NCBI GenBank assembly: GCA_046331385.1
Contig: JAXLQW010000001.1
Coordinates: 384,188-448,187 of the forward strand
Direction: 5' to 3'
Source of the DNA: Thermoanaerobaculia bacterium
Lineage (GTDB): Bacteria > Acidobacteriota > Thermoanaerobaculia > Multivoradales > JAGPDF01
DNA: 64,000 nt
The notes under the pieces are model-generated. The model was not told where the DNA came from, made no database searches, and saw only the letters and a program-made list of their open reading frames with translations. Each line of letters opens with the position of its first letter. The first letter of the stretch is position 1. Positions 48,111-58,049 of the stretch are shown one piece after another. Made by a program: the position numbers and the translations under genes.

Positions 48111-51100
48111 ATGAATCGCATGCGGGCATTTTCGACTCTCGGCGCGATCTCGATCGGTATGCTGTTGGCGAGGGCGGGCATCGCGGCGGCGATCGACCCC
48201 GATCTGCTCGCCGGCATGAAGGCGCGCTCGATCGGCCCGGCGGGGATGAGCGGGCGGGTGGCGGCGATCGACGCCGCGGAGTCGAACCCCGACCTGGTCT
48301 TCGTCGGCGCGGCGACCGGCGGGGTGTGGAAGTCGACCAACGGCGGCCTGACCTTCCGTCCGGTCTTCGACGATCAACCGGTGGCCTCGATCGGCGCGCT
48401 GGCGATCGATCAGGGGAATCCCGACGTGATCTGGGTCGGCACCGGCGAAGGCAACGTGCGCAACTCGACCTCGGTCGGCGACGGCGTCTACAAGTCGCTC
48501 GACGGCGGCGAGACCTGGACACATTCCGGGCTCGAGGCGACCGAGCGCATCCACCGCATCGTGCTCGACCCGACCCACCCGGAGACTGCCTGGGTGGCGG
48601 CGCTCGGCAGGCTCTGGGGCGAGAACCCGGAGCGCGGCGTCTTCAAGACCACCGACGGCGGCAAGAGCTGGCGCAAGGTGCTCTACGTCGACGAGAAGAC
48701 GGGAGCCGCCGATGTGGCGATCGATCCGGCGCATCCGAACCATTTGCTGGCGGCGATGTGGCAGTTCCGCCGCTGGCCGTACAAGTTCGAGTCGGGCGGC
48801 CCGGGCTCGGGCCTCTACTCGTCGTGGGACGGCGGCGAGACCTGGAAGCGCCTGCAACCCGAGGACGGGCTGCCGGAGGGCGACCTCGGCCGCATCGGCC
48901 TCGCCTTCGCGCGCTCGGACTCGGCGATCGTCTACGCCATGGTCGAGGCCAAGAAGAGCGCTCTGCTGCGCTCGGAGGACGGCGGGCGCTCCTTCAAGAC
49001 GGTCAACTCCGAACCCAACGTCAACCCGCGGCCGTTCTACTTCTGCGAGATCCGGGTCGATCCGCGCGATCCCAACAGGATCTACAGCGTCGACTACGAC
49101 ATCCGCGTCTCGGAGGACGGTGGCCGCCACTTCCGCGAGGCGGTGCGCGGGCGCGAGATCCACGGCGACCACCATGCGATGTGGATCGACCCGAACCGTC
49201 CGCTGCACTTCCTGGTCGGCAACGACGGTGGGGTGGCGGCGACCCACGACGGCGGCGCGGCGACGCGCTTCGTTTCCAACCTGCCGCTGGCGCAGTTCTA
49301 CCACGTGGCGGCCGACGAGGATCTGCCCTATAACGTCTACGGCGGGCTGCAGGACAACGGCGCCTGGCGCGGCCCGGCGACGATCTGGCAGAGCGGCGGC
49401 ATTCGCAACTACATGTGGAAGGTGCTGGTCTTCGGCGACGGTTTCGAGACCCTGCCCGATCCGCAGCGCTCGACCCGCGGCTATTCGCTCTGGCAGGGCG
49501 GCGGGCTGACGCGCTGGGACCTCGCCAAGGGCGAGTACAAGGACGTGAAGCCGGCGCCACCCGAGAACCTCGATCTGCGCTTCAACTGGAACGCCGCCCT
49601 GGCACAGGACCCCTTCGACCCGGCGACGATCTACCTCGGCAGCCAGTTCGTCCACAAGTCGACCGATCGCGGCGAGACCTGGACGACGATCTCGCCCGAC
49701 CTGACGACCAACAAGCCCGAGTGGCAGGTCGCCGGCAGCTCCGGCGGTCTGACGCCCGACGTGTCGATGGCGGAGAACTTCACCACCCTGGTCACCCTGG
49801 CGCCGAGTCGCAAGGAGCGCGGCGTTCTGTGGGCCGGCAGCGACGACGGCCGCGTGCACGTGACCCGCGACGGCGGCGCGACCTGGACCTCGGTCGAAGG
49901 CAACGTCCACGGCGTGCCGGCGAACACCTGGGTGCCAGCGATCGAGCCCTCGCCGCACGCCGCCGGCACGGCCTTCGCGGTCTTCGACAACCATCGCCGG
50001 TCGGATGGGACGCCCTACCTCCAACGCACCGACGACTACGGCAAGACCTGGCGGAGCTTGGCGACCGCCGACCTGCGCGGCTACGCGCTGGCGATCGTGC
50101 AGGATCCGGTCGATCCCGATCTGCTCTTCCTCGGCACCGAGTTCGGGCTCTGGGTCACCTTCGACGGCGGCAAGAAGTGGTGGCCCTGGAAGCACGGCGT
50201 ACCGACGGTCTCGGTGATGGACCTGGCGATCCAGGCGCGCGAGGCCGATCTGGTCATCGGCACCCACGGCCGCGCGCTCTACGTGCTCGACGACATCCGG
50301 CCGCTGCGCGACGTGACCTCGGCGACGATGGCGGCCAAGCTCCATCTCTTTCCGGTGGCCGACGCGCTCGAGGTCCGCACCCTCGGCTCCGACGGCGGCT
50401 ACGGCGCCGGCGCCACCGAGTTCCGCGGCGAGAATCGCGCGCTCGGGGCGCTCTTGACCTTCGTGGTCAACGCCGACGATCTGCCCTTGCCCGACGCCGA
50501 GAAGGAGCGCGCCCGCCAGGAGACGGAGCGGCAGGCGAAGCGCGCGGCCGAGGCGAAGAAGTCGGCCGCGGCCGGCGCGAGCGAGCCGAAGAGCGCGGCG
50601 CCGGCAGCCGACGCTGGACAGCCGAGCGCCGGGAAGGCGGCGGATGACCACGAGGCGACCGCGACGCTCGAGATCCGCGACGGCTCGGGGGCGCTGCTGC
50701 GCACGCTGCGGCCAAAGGTCAAGCGCGGCCTCAACCGGGTGGTCTGGGAGCTCGACCGCGACGCCTGGAAACCGCTGCCGAGCGACGAACCGCGCGTCGA
50801 CGACGATCGCGACGCCGGTGGCCCGTCCGTACCGCCCGGGACCTACGAGCTGACGCTGAAGTTCCGCGGCGAGACGGCGAAGACTCCGATCCGGGTGCTC
50901 GCCGATCCGCGCTCGGGCAACTCCGATTCCGACTGGCAGGCGCGTTGGCGGGCGGTCAACGACGCCGGGCGCCTGCAGGAGGCCGCGGTCGGCGCGATCG
51001 AACGCATCCGCGCCACCCGCCGCGACGTCGACGCGGTCGCCGACCGCCAGCGGGAGGCCAACGCCGACGCCATCCGCCGCCACGAGGTGAAGGCGGACGA

Positions 51101-51428
51101 GCTGCCGCTGGTCAAGGCCGGCGAGGAGGTCAAGGAGGCGCTCGCCACGATCGAGAAACGCATCTGGCAGCCGCCGGGCACCGTCGGCATCGTCAAGGAC
51201 GACGACGTCGTGACCGCGATCCAGTTCGTCCAGGGTTACCTCGGCTCGAGCTGGGATCCGCCGAATCCGACCCATCTCGAGTACCTGCGCCAGGCGCGAG
51301 CGAAGCTCGGCCAGGCGATCGAGGAGCTCAATCGCGTCTATCGCGAGCGCGTCGAGCCCTACCGCGCCCAGGTCGCCGCCGGCGGGCCGCAGCTCCTGCC
51401 GGCGCTCGAGCCGCTGCCGGCGCCCTGA
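48111..51428 (+). CDS. Large secreted VPS10/BNR-repeat beta-propeller protein
   Basis: Signal peptide, RSIGPAGMSGRV, repeated SxDGGxTW boxes, HGDHHAMWID, GGLQDNG, GTHGR. Confidence 0.85.
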   Translation: MNRMRAFSTLGAISIGMLLARAGIAAAIDPDLLAGMKARSIGPAGMSGRVAAIDAAESNPDLVFVGAATGGVWKSTNGGLTFRPVFDDQPVASIGALAIDQGNPDVIWVGTGEGNVRNSTSVGDGVYKSLDGGETWTHSGLEATERIHRIVLDPTHPETAWVAALGRLWGENPERGVFKTTDGGKSWRKVLYVDEKTGAADVAIDPAHPNHLLAAMWQFRRWPYKFESGGPGSGLYSSWDGGETWKRLQPEDGLPEGDLGRIGLAFARSDSAIVYAMVEAKKSALLRSEDGGRSFKTVNSEPNVNPRPFYFCEIRVDPRDPNRIYSVDYDIRVSEDGGRHFREAVRGREIHGDHHAMWIDPNRPLHFLVGNDGGVAATHDGGAATRFVSNLPLAQFYHVAADEDLPYNVYGGLQDNGAWRGPATIWQSGGIRNYMWKVLVFGDGFETLPDPQRSTRGYSLWQGGGLTRWDLAKGEYKDVKPAPPENLDLRFNWNAALAQDPFDPATIYLGSQFVHKSTDRGETWTTISPDLTTNKPEWQVAGSSGGLTPDVSMAENFTTLVTLAPSRKERGVLWAGSDDGRVHVTRDGGATWTSVEGNVHGVPANTWVPAIEPSPHAAGTAFAVFDNHRRSDGTPYLQRTDDYGKTWRSLATADLRGYALAIVQDPVDPDLLFLGTEFGLWVTFDGGKKWWPWKHGVPTVSVMDLAIQAREADLVIGTHGRALYVLDDIRPLRDVTSATMAAKLHLFPVADALEVRTLGSDGGYGAGATEFRGENRALGALLTFVVNADDLPLPDAEKERARQETERQAKRAAEAKKSAAAGASEPKSAAPAADAGQPSAGKAADDHEATATLEIRDGSGALLRTLRPKVKRGLNRVVWELDRDAWKPLPSDEPRVDDDRDAGGPSVPPGTYELTLKFRGETAKTPIRVLADPRSGNSDSDWQARWRAVNDAGRLQEAAVGAIERIRATRRDVDAVADRQREANADAIRRHEVKADELPLVKAGEEVKEALATIEKRIWQPPGTVGIVKDDDVVTAIQFVQGYLGSSWDPPNPTHLEYLRQARAKLGQAIEELNRVYRERVEPYRAQVAAGGPQLLPALEPLPAP

Positions 51429-51441
51429 GAGCCGCGGCCGG

Positions 51442-54339
51442 TTGATCTCGCTTCGCTCCTCCTCCCGGCGCCGTGCGTCCCGCCGGCTCCACGCTCCGCT
51501 CGCGGCCGCGTGGCTTGTTGCCGCGCTGGCCGCGAGCTTCGTCTCGAACGCGGCGGCGACGAGCCTCACCTCCTTCGAGTATCTCGGCCGCGCGGTGCTG
51601 CCGCCTGGCCTGCTGTTCCGCGGCACGACCGTGGGCGGTCTCTCGGCGCTTGCCTGGGACGAGGAACGCGGCGAGCTGCTGGCGCTCTCCGACGACCGCA
51701 GCGAGCGGCAGCCTTCGCGCTTCTATCGCCTGCGCGTCGCGCTCGACGGCGATCGACTGGACGACGGCGGCGTCACCGTGGTCGACGTGGCGACCCTCTG
51801 CGACCGGGCCGGGCGGCCCTTCCCGGCCCGGGCGCTCGATCCGGAGGGTCTGGCGATCGCGGGCCGGCGGCTCTTCTTCTCCTCGGAAGGCGAAGCCAAG
51901 GTCGGAAATCCGCCGCGGGTCTTCGAGATCGACGCCCGCGGTCGCGTCTTGGGCGAGCTCACGATCCCGTCTCGCTTCCGTCCCGCCGCCGGTCGCGGCG
52001 TGCGCGACAACCAAGCGTTCGAAGCCCTCGCGGCGACCCCCGACGGCGCCACGCTCTTTGTCGGCACCGAGGGCCCGCTGACCCAGGACGGACCGGCGGT
52101 CGACGCCGGGCGCGGCGCGCGGGTGCGCATCCTGCGCTACGACCTCGCCGCCGGGCGCCAGCCGCCGTCCGAGTTCCTCGACGCCCTCGAGCCGCTCTTC
52201 GCCGCGCCGGGCGCCGCGGACGCCTTCCGGCTCGGCGGTCTGTCGGACCTGCTGGCGCTCGACGCCACGCACCTCGTCGCCCTCGAGCGCCAGTTCGTGG
52301 CCGGGGTCGGCAACTCCGCCCGCCTCTGCGAGCTCGACCTCGCGCGCGCCACCGACACCGCGGACTTCGACGCCCTCGACAGCCTCGCCGGAGGCGTCGC
52401 CGCGCCGGCGGCGAAAACGGCGCTGCTCGACCTCGGCGAGCTACCGACCGGGCTGGCGCTCGACAACTTCGAGGGCTTGGCGTTCGGACCCCGCCTCGCC
52501 GATGGCCGCCGGGTGCTCTTCCTGATCTCGGACGACAACTTCCATCCGCTGCAGCGCACGATCCTCCTGGCGCTCGCGGTCGGCGAGCTGAGGCTCGAGA
52601 TCCACGACCTGCAGGGGGTCGGTCACCGTTCGCCGTTCGCGGGGCGCTGGGTGGCGGGGATCGAGGGCGTGGTGACCGCGGTCGATCGCGGCGACCCGAG
52701 GCTCTTCTGGATCGAAGGAACGCGGCCGGATGCCGACCCAGGGACCTCGGAAGGGATCCTGGTGGCGACGAAGTCGGCGCTCGCGCTCCCGATCGGAGAG
52801 CGGGTGCGGGTGGCCGGCCGGGTGGAGGAGCGGGCGGCGAATCCGCGCGAGCTCACGGTGACGACCCTCGCCGCGACCGCGGTCGAGAAGCTGGCCGCCG
52901 GCGACCCGCTGCCCGCTCCGCCGCGCCTGGGTGCCCGGCTCGCAATCCCCACGGCGGTAGACGACGATGGTCTCGCGCATTTCGAGCCGGCGACGGACGC
53001 GATCGACCTCTGGGAGAGCCTCGAATCGATGCGCCTGACGGTTCCCGGCGGCGCCGTGGTCGGGCCGACGACCGCCTACGGCGAGATCGCGCTCTGGCCG
53101 GACGGTTCCCCCGATCTCCAGCGGACGCGTGCCGGCGGCCTGCGCCTCGAGTCCGGCGCGGCGCCGCCGCCGCGGGTGCTGCTCTCGGCGCGCGTCGCCG
53201 GTCGCACGCCGCAGTTGAACGTCGGCGCGCGCCTGGCGGGACCGATCACCGGCGTGGTCGAGTACGGACACGCCAACTACCACCTCGCGCCGCTCGCGCC
53301 GCTGGCGGTCGCCGCCGCCCGTGGCGCGACCTGCGACGCGCGATCGACGCTGGCCGACGGCGCCTTGCACCTGACCGTCGCCACCTGGAACGTCGAGAAC
53401 CTCTCGATCGCCGGCCCGGCCGAGCGCTTCGACCGTCTGGCGCACGCCATCGTCGAGCGCCTGCGTTCGCCGGCGCTCGTCGGCCTGCAGGAGATCCAGG
53501 ACGACAGCGGCCCGGCAGACGACGGCACGGTGACCGCGACGGCGACGCTGGCGCGGCTGGTGGCGGCGATCCGATCCGCGGGCGGCCCGGCGTACGAGGT
53601 GGCGGCGGTCGACCCGGAGGAGAACCGCGAGGGCGGGCAGCCGGGCGCCAACATCCGCGTCGCGCTGCTCGTCGACCCGGCGCGCGCTACGATCGTCCGG
53701 CGCGGCGCGGCCGGCGCTCTCGACGCGGCGGAGCCGGTGGCCGAGGGAAAAGGGAAGGATCGCATCCTGAGGCTGACCTCGAGCCCGGCGCGAGTGGCCC
53801 CGACCTCCGAGGAGTTTTCCGGCCCGCCGGGCGAAGGAGTGCGGCGCTCGTTGGCGGTCGAGCTCGCGGCCGGCGGCCGACCGCTCTTCGTGGTGGTCAA
53901 TCACTGGAGCTCGCGCTCCGGCGACGACCGCGCTTTCGGCGCCAGCCAGCCGCCGCGCACCCCCACGGCGTCGCGACGGCTCGGCCAGGCGCGCCAGATC
54001 CGCGCCTTCCTCGATCGCCTGCTCGCCGTCGATCCCGCGGCGCGGGTCGCGGTGCTCGGCGATCTCAACGACGACGAGGCGTCGCCGCCGCTCTTCGCCC
54101 TCGCGGCTCCGCCGTGGACCGACCTCGCGACGCGGGTCGCGGTGGAGGAGCGCTACAGCTTCGATTTCGAGGGCGGCTCCTCGCTGCTCGATCACGTCCT
54201 GGTGTCGCCGGCGCTCGCGGCCGGCGCCGAGATCGAGATCCCGCACTTCGACGCCGACTGCCACGCCGGCCTGCGCGCCAGCGATCACGACCCGTTGGTC
54301 GCGAGGCTCGCGCTCCCGCCTTCGTCGCGCCGGCCGTGA
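51442..54339 (+). CDS. Fusion: esterase-like-activity-of-phytase domain + OB region + exonuclease/endonuclease/phosphatase domain
   Basis: GGLSAL, LSDDRS, DPEGL, DNFEGL, SDDNF (phytase-like); TWNVEN, GLQEIQD, NHWSS, GDLN, LDHVLVS, SDHDP (EEP); TTG start uncertain. Confidence 0.8.
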   Translation: MISLRSSSRRRASRRLHAPLAAAWLVAALAASFVSNAAATSLTSFEYLGRAVLPPGLLFRGTTVGGLSALAWDEERGELLALSDDRSERQPSRFYRLRVALDGDRLDDGGVTVVDVATLCDRAGRPFPARALDPEGLAIAGRRLFFSSEGEAKVGNPPRVFEIDARGRVLGELTIPSRFRPAAGRGVRDNQAFEALAATPDGATLFVGTEGPLTQDGPAVDAGRGARVRILRYDLAAGRQPPSEFLDALEPLFAAPGAADAFRLGGLSDLLALDATHLVALERQFVAGVGNSARLCELDLARATDTADFDALDSLAGGVAAPAAKTALLDLGELPTGLALDNFEGLAFGPRLADGRRVLFLISDDNFHPLQRTILLALAVGELRLEIHDLQGVGHRSPFAGRWVAGIEGVVTAVDRGDPRLFWIEGTRPDADPGTSEGILVATKSALALPIGERVRVAGRVEERAANPRELTVTTLAATAVEKLAAGDPLPAPPRLGARLAIPTAVDDDGLAHFEPATDAIDLWESLESMRLTVPGGAVVGPTTAYGEIALWPDGSPDLQRTRAGGLRLESGAAPPPRVLLSARVAGRTPQLNVGARLAGPITGVVEYGHANYHLAPLAPLAVAAARGATCDARSTLADGALHLTVATWNVENLSIAGPAERFDRLAHAIVERLRSPALVGLQEIQDDSGPADDGTVTATATLARLVAAIRSAGGPAYEVAAVDPEENREGGQPGANIRVALLVDPARATIVRRGAAGALDAAEPVAEGKGKDRILRLTSSPARVAPTSEEFSGPPGEGVRRSLAVELAAGGRPLFVVVNHWSSRSGDDRAFGASQPPRTPTASRRLGQARQIRAFLDRLLAVDPAARVAVLGDLNDDEASPPLFALAAPPWTDLATRVAVEERYSFDFEGGSSLLDHVLVSPALAAGAEIEIPHFDADCHAGLRASDHDPLVARLALPPSSRRP

Positions 54340-54352
54340 GCGGCGTATCGCG

Positions 54353-54381
54353 TTGACAGGCCTGAGGGCGGCGCGTAAGGT
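54353..54381 (+). promoter_or_regulatory. Near-consensus sigma70 promoter of the DAACS gene
   Basis: TTGACA (54353-54358)-N17-TAAGGT (54376-54381), 7 nt before TTG 54389. Confidence 0.65.
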
Positions 54382-54388
54382 TCCCGCC

Positions 54389-55675
54389 TTGAAGAAAATT
54401 CCGCTGCACACACGGATGCTGATCGGGGTCGGGATCGGCATCGCGGCGGGTCTCGTCGCGCACGAGACGCTCGCCGGTTCCGCCGGGCTCGCCTGGTTCC
54501 TGGCGCACGTCGCGCAGCCGGTGGGCAAGATCTTTCTCCGCCTGCTGTTCATGCTGGTGGTGCCGCTGATCTTCGCCGCGCTGGCGCTCGGGGTCGCCGG
54601 CCTCGGAGATCTGCGCAGCCTCGGTCGCATCGGGCTGAAGACGCTGGCCTACACCGTGGTGGTGTCGGCGATCGCGGTGCTCCTCGGTTTGTCGCTGGTC
54701 AATCTCGTGCGGCCGGGCGACGTCTCGCCCGAGCTGCGCGCCCGTCTGACGGCCGGCGCCGCCGATCGCGCCACGGTGCTCGCCAAGGCAAGCGCGCCCA
54801 AGGCCGGCATCGACCTGCTGACCGACATCGTGCCGGCGAACCCGTTGAAGGCGGCGGCCGACGGCGATCTGCTCGCCTGGATGTTCTTCTCGATCTTCGT
54901 CGGCATCGGCCTGACCCTGACCCGCAGCGAAGCGGCGCGCAAGCTCGAGGAGGTGCTGCAGGGGCTCTACGACGTAACCATGCGGCTGATCCAGGTGGTG
55001 ATCGGCTTCGCGCCGATCGGCGTCGCGGCGCTGCTCTTCTCGCTCACCGCCGATCTCGGCTACGAGATCCTGGTGCAGCTGGCGCGCTACGTCGGCGTCG
55101 TGGTCTTCGCGCTGGCGTTTCATCAGTTCGTCGTCTACTCGCTCGCCGTGTCGCTGCTCGGCGGCATGCGGCCGCGGACCTTTTTCCGCGGCGTGCAGGA
55201 GGCGATGATCACCGCCTTCTCGACCGCGTCCTCGAACGCCACCCTGCCGACGGCGCTGCGGGTGGCGGAGGAGAACCTCCACCTGCCGCCGCACGTCGCG
55301 CGTTTCGTGCTCACCATCGGCTCGACCGCGAATCAGAACGGCACGGCGCTGTTCGAGGGGGTGACCGTCCTCTTTCTCGCTCAGTTCTACGGCGTGACCC
55401 TCGGCCTCTGGCAGCAGGTGACCGTGTTGTTCATCTGCGTGCTCGGGGGGGTGGGGACGGCGGGCGTGCCGGCCGGGTCGATCCCGGTGGTGGCGATGAT
55501 CCTCGGCCAGGTCGGCGTGCCGGTCGAGGGCATCGGCTTGATCCTCGGCGTGGACCGGTTCCTCGACATGTGTCGCACGACCCTGAACGTCACCGGCGAT
55601 CTCGCCGCGGCGGTGGTGGTCTCGCGCGGCGAGACGCGGGAGCCGCCGCTCGCCGTGCCGGCGGCGGGCGCCTGA
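54389..55675 (+). CDS. Dicarboxylate/amino acid:cation symporter (DAACS)
   Basis: FLRLLFMLVVPL, AFSTASSNATLP, GSTANQNGTA, GTAGVP, DRFLDMCRTTLNVTGD; start could be ATG 54416. Confidence 0.93.
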   Translation: MKKIPLHTRMLIGVGIGIAAGLVAHETLAGSAGLAWFLAHVAQPVGKIFLRLLFMLVVPLIFAALALGVAGLGDLRSLGRIGLKTLAYTVVVSAIAVLLGLSLVNLVRPGDVSPELRARLTAGAADRATVLAKASAPKAGIDLLTDIVPANPLKAAADGDLLAWMFFSIFVGIGLTLTRSEAARKLEEVLQGLYDVTMRLIQVVIGFAPIGVAALLFSLTADLGYEILVQLARYVGVVVFALAFHQFVVYSLAVSLLGGMRPRTFFRGVQEAMITAFSTASSNATLPTALRVAEENLHLPPHVARFVLTIGSTANQNGTALFEGVTVLFLAQFYGVTLGLWQQVTVLFICVLGGVGTAGVPAGSIPVVAMILGQVGVPVEGIGLILGVDRFLDMCRTTLNVTGDLAAAVVVSRGETREPPLAVPAAGA

Positions 55676-55707
55676 GGTGATCGGGTGAGAGCGGAGCCGG
55701 GTCCGTC

Positions 55708-56127
55708 GTGAGCGCCAACAGCCGCATGACCGTGGCGGTCCATGCCCTCACCCTGCTGGCCGAGCCGGGCGGCAAGTGGTGCGCCTCGGATTGGATCGCC
55801 GCGAGCGTCAACACCCACCCGGTCGTCGTGCGGCGCACGCTCGCCGCGCTGCAGGCCGCCGGGCTGGTCGAGGGACAGGCGGGGGCCAAGGGCGGCTATC
55901 GCCTGGCGATCCCGGGTCGGCGAGTGACGCTGGCCGACGTCTACCGGGCGATGCGCGACGAAGGGCCGTTCGGACTCCATGCGCACGCGCCGAATCCGCA
56001 GTGCCCCGTGGGGCGGGCGATCCAGAAACACCTGACGCGGGTCTACGACGCCGCCGAGACGGCGCTCGAGGGCTCGCTGCGCGCCACCACCGTCGCCGCC
56101 CTGCGCGGGCGGATCACGGCCGGCTGA
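55708..56127 (+). CDS. Rrf2 family transcriptional regulator
   Basis: NSRMTVAVHAL, SVNTHPVVVRR, GAKGGYRL, TLADVYRA, NPQCPVG. Confidence 0.9.
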   Translation: MSANSRMTVAVHALTLLAEPGGKWCASDWIAASVNTHPVVVRRTLAALQAAGLVEGQAGAKGGYRLAIPGRRVTLADVYRAMRDEGPFGLHAHAPNPQCPVGRAIQKHLTRVYDAAETALEGSLRATTVAALRGRITAG

Positions 56128-56260
56128 AGCCGCGAGCCTGGTCTCGAGCTTCACCCTCGGGGCGGCGCGCGGCCGCCGCCGTTTGGCCGCCCTCGCTCCG
56201 GTGTGGGAGACTTCCCGCCGCTCTCGACCCACTCGACGAACGCAGCGACCGGGAGGCGGC

Positions 56261-58039
56261 GTGCTCAGCGACCTGATGCGCAGGAAGAGCCTCAACGAGA
56301 TCCTCGCGGCACCGGAGGAGGGTCACGGTCCGACCCTCAAGCGCAACCTCTCGGTCTGGGCGCTGACCGCGCTCGGCATCGGCGCGATCATCGGCGCGGG
56401 CATCTTCTCCTCGGTCGGCGCCGCGACCGCCGGCGGTCCGGACCAACCGGGCGCGGGACCGGCGATCGTCGTCTCCTTCCTGCTCACCGCCATTGCCTGC
56501 GGCTTCGCGGGCCTGTGCTACGCCGAGCTCTCCTCGATGGTTCCGATCGCCGGCTCGGCCTACACCTACTCCTATGCGACTCTGGGCGAGCTGGTGGCCT
56601 GGATCATCGGCTGGGACTTGATGCTCGAGTACGCGATCGGCAACGTGGCGGTCGCGATCTCCTGGTCGGGCTACTTCCAGGAGCTGCTGCGCGGTTTCGG
56701 CATCCACTGGCCGGACTGGCTCGGCATCAGCCATCGCACCGCCTCCTTCGCCACCCAGGCGATCGCCGACGCGGTGGCCGCCGGCAAGGACCCCCTCGCC
56801 GAGGTCGGCGCGGCGACGATCGCCAAGGCGCAGGCGCTGGCGCACGCGCCGCAGATCTTCGGCATTCCGGTCATCCTCGATCTGCCCGCCTTTCTGATCG
56901 TCGGGCTGATCACCGGCATCCTGATCATCGGCGTGCGCGAGAGCGCCGGCTTCAACACCCTGATGGTCGGCCTGAAGCTCGCGATCATCGCCTTCTTCAC
57001 CGTCATGGGCTCCTTCTACGTCAAGCCCGAGCACTGGCACCCGTTCGCGCCCAACGGCTTCCGCGGCATCACTTCGGCGGCGGCGATCATCTTCTTCGCC
57101 TACATCGGCTTCGACGCCGTGTCGACGGCGGCGGAGGAGAGCCGCAATCCGCAACGGGACATGCCGCGCGCGATTCTCGGCTCGCTCGCCATCTGCACGG
57201 TCATCTACATCGCGGTCGCCATCGTTCTGACCGGCATGCTGCCCTGGAACCAGCTCGGCACCGCCGAGCCGCTCGCCGCCGCCTTCTCGGCCCTGGGCAT
57301 GCACTGGCCGGCGCTGCTGATCGCGCTCGGCGCGGTCTTCGCCACCACCTCTGTGCTGCTGGTGTTCCAGCTCGGCCAGCCGCGCATCTTCCTGTCGATG
57401 GCGCGCGACGGGCTGCTGCCGCAGTGGGCGGCGCGCGTCCACCCGAAGTTCCGCACGCCGTCGACCGCCACCTGGATCACCGGCATCGTGGTGGCGGTGC
57501 TCTCGGCGATCGGCGACTTCGGCGAGATCGTGCAGCTGACCAACATCGGTACTTTCTTCGCCTTCGTGCTCGTCTGCCTCGGCGTGACCGTTCTGCGGCG
57601 CAGTGACCCGGCGCGCCCGCGGCCGTTCCGCGTCCCCGGCGGCGATTTCGTGGTTCCGGCGCTCGGTGCGCTCTGCTGCGCCTTCCTGATGTTCTACCTG
57701 CCGGGGACCTCCTGGTGGCGGTTCGTCGGCTGGCTGGTGCTCGGGGCGGCGGTCTACTGCGCCCACAGCTGGAGCCACAGCGTGATCGGTCGGCGCGCCG
57801 GCCGCCCGACCACGACGCCGGGCTTCATGCGCGTCATGGCGTTCGGCTTCTTCGTCGCGGCGCTCGGGCTGTTCGTCATTCCGCACGATTCCGGCCTGGC
57901 GAAGCTCTTCGCCGAGGCCGAGACCGCCGCCAACGTCGACCACGCGCGGGCGCTCTTCGGCCTGATTGCGGTGGCGGTCGGGATCCTCGCGGTGACGGGC
58001 GGAGCGATCTCGGGCCGCCGGCGAGCGCCGGCCGGCTGA
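56261..58039 (+). CDS. APC superfamily amino acid permease
   Basis: LGIGAIIGAGIF, GLCYAELSSMVPIAGSAY, FFAYIGFDAVST, GQPRIFLSMARDGLLP; GGAGG RBS before GTG. Confidence 0.93.
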   Translation: MLSDLMRRKSLNEILAAPEEGHGPTLKRNLSVWALTALGIGAIIGAGIFSSVGAATAGGPDQPGAGPAIVVSFLLTAIACGFAGLCYAELSSMVPIAGSAYTYSYATLGELVAWIIGWDLMLEYAIGNVAVAISWSGYFQELLRGFGIHWPDWLGISHRTASFATQAIADAVAAGKDPLAEVGAATIAKAQALAHAPQIFGIPVILDLPAFLIVGLITGILIIGVRESAGFNTLMVGLKLAIIAFFTVMGSFYVKPEHWHPFAPNGFRGITSAAAIIFFAYIGFDAVSTAAEESRNPQRDMPRAILGSLAICTVIYIAVAIVLTGMLPWNQLGTAEPLAAAFSALGMHWPALLIALGAVFATTSVLLVFQLGQPRIFLSMARDGLLPQWAARVHPKFRTPSTATWITGIVVAVLSAIGDFGEIVQLTNIGTFFAFVLVCLGVTVLRRSDPARPRPFRVPGGDFVVPALGALCCAFLMFYLPGTSWWRFVGWLVLGAAVYCAHSWSHSVIGRRAGRPTTTPGFMRVMAFGFFVAALGLFVIPHDSGLAKLFAEAETAANVDHARALFGLIAVAVGILAVTGGAISGRRRAPAG

Positions 58040-58049
58040 GGCGGAGCGC

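Noticed and set aside
47169-51626. 1485-aa minus-strand ORF, and similar giant ORFs such as 40737-44687, 8797-12519, 36110-39121, 51510-54356
   Set aside because: Antisense or off-frame shadows of clearly identified genes; Arg/Ala/Gly/Pro-rich with no motifs, as expected at this GC content
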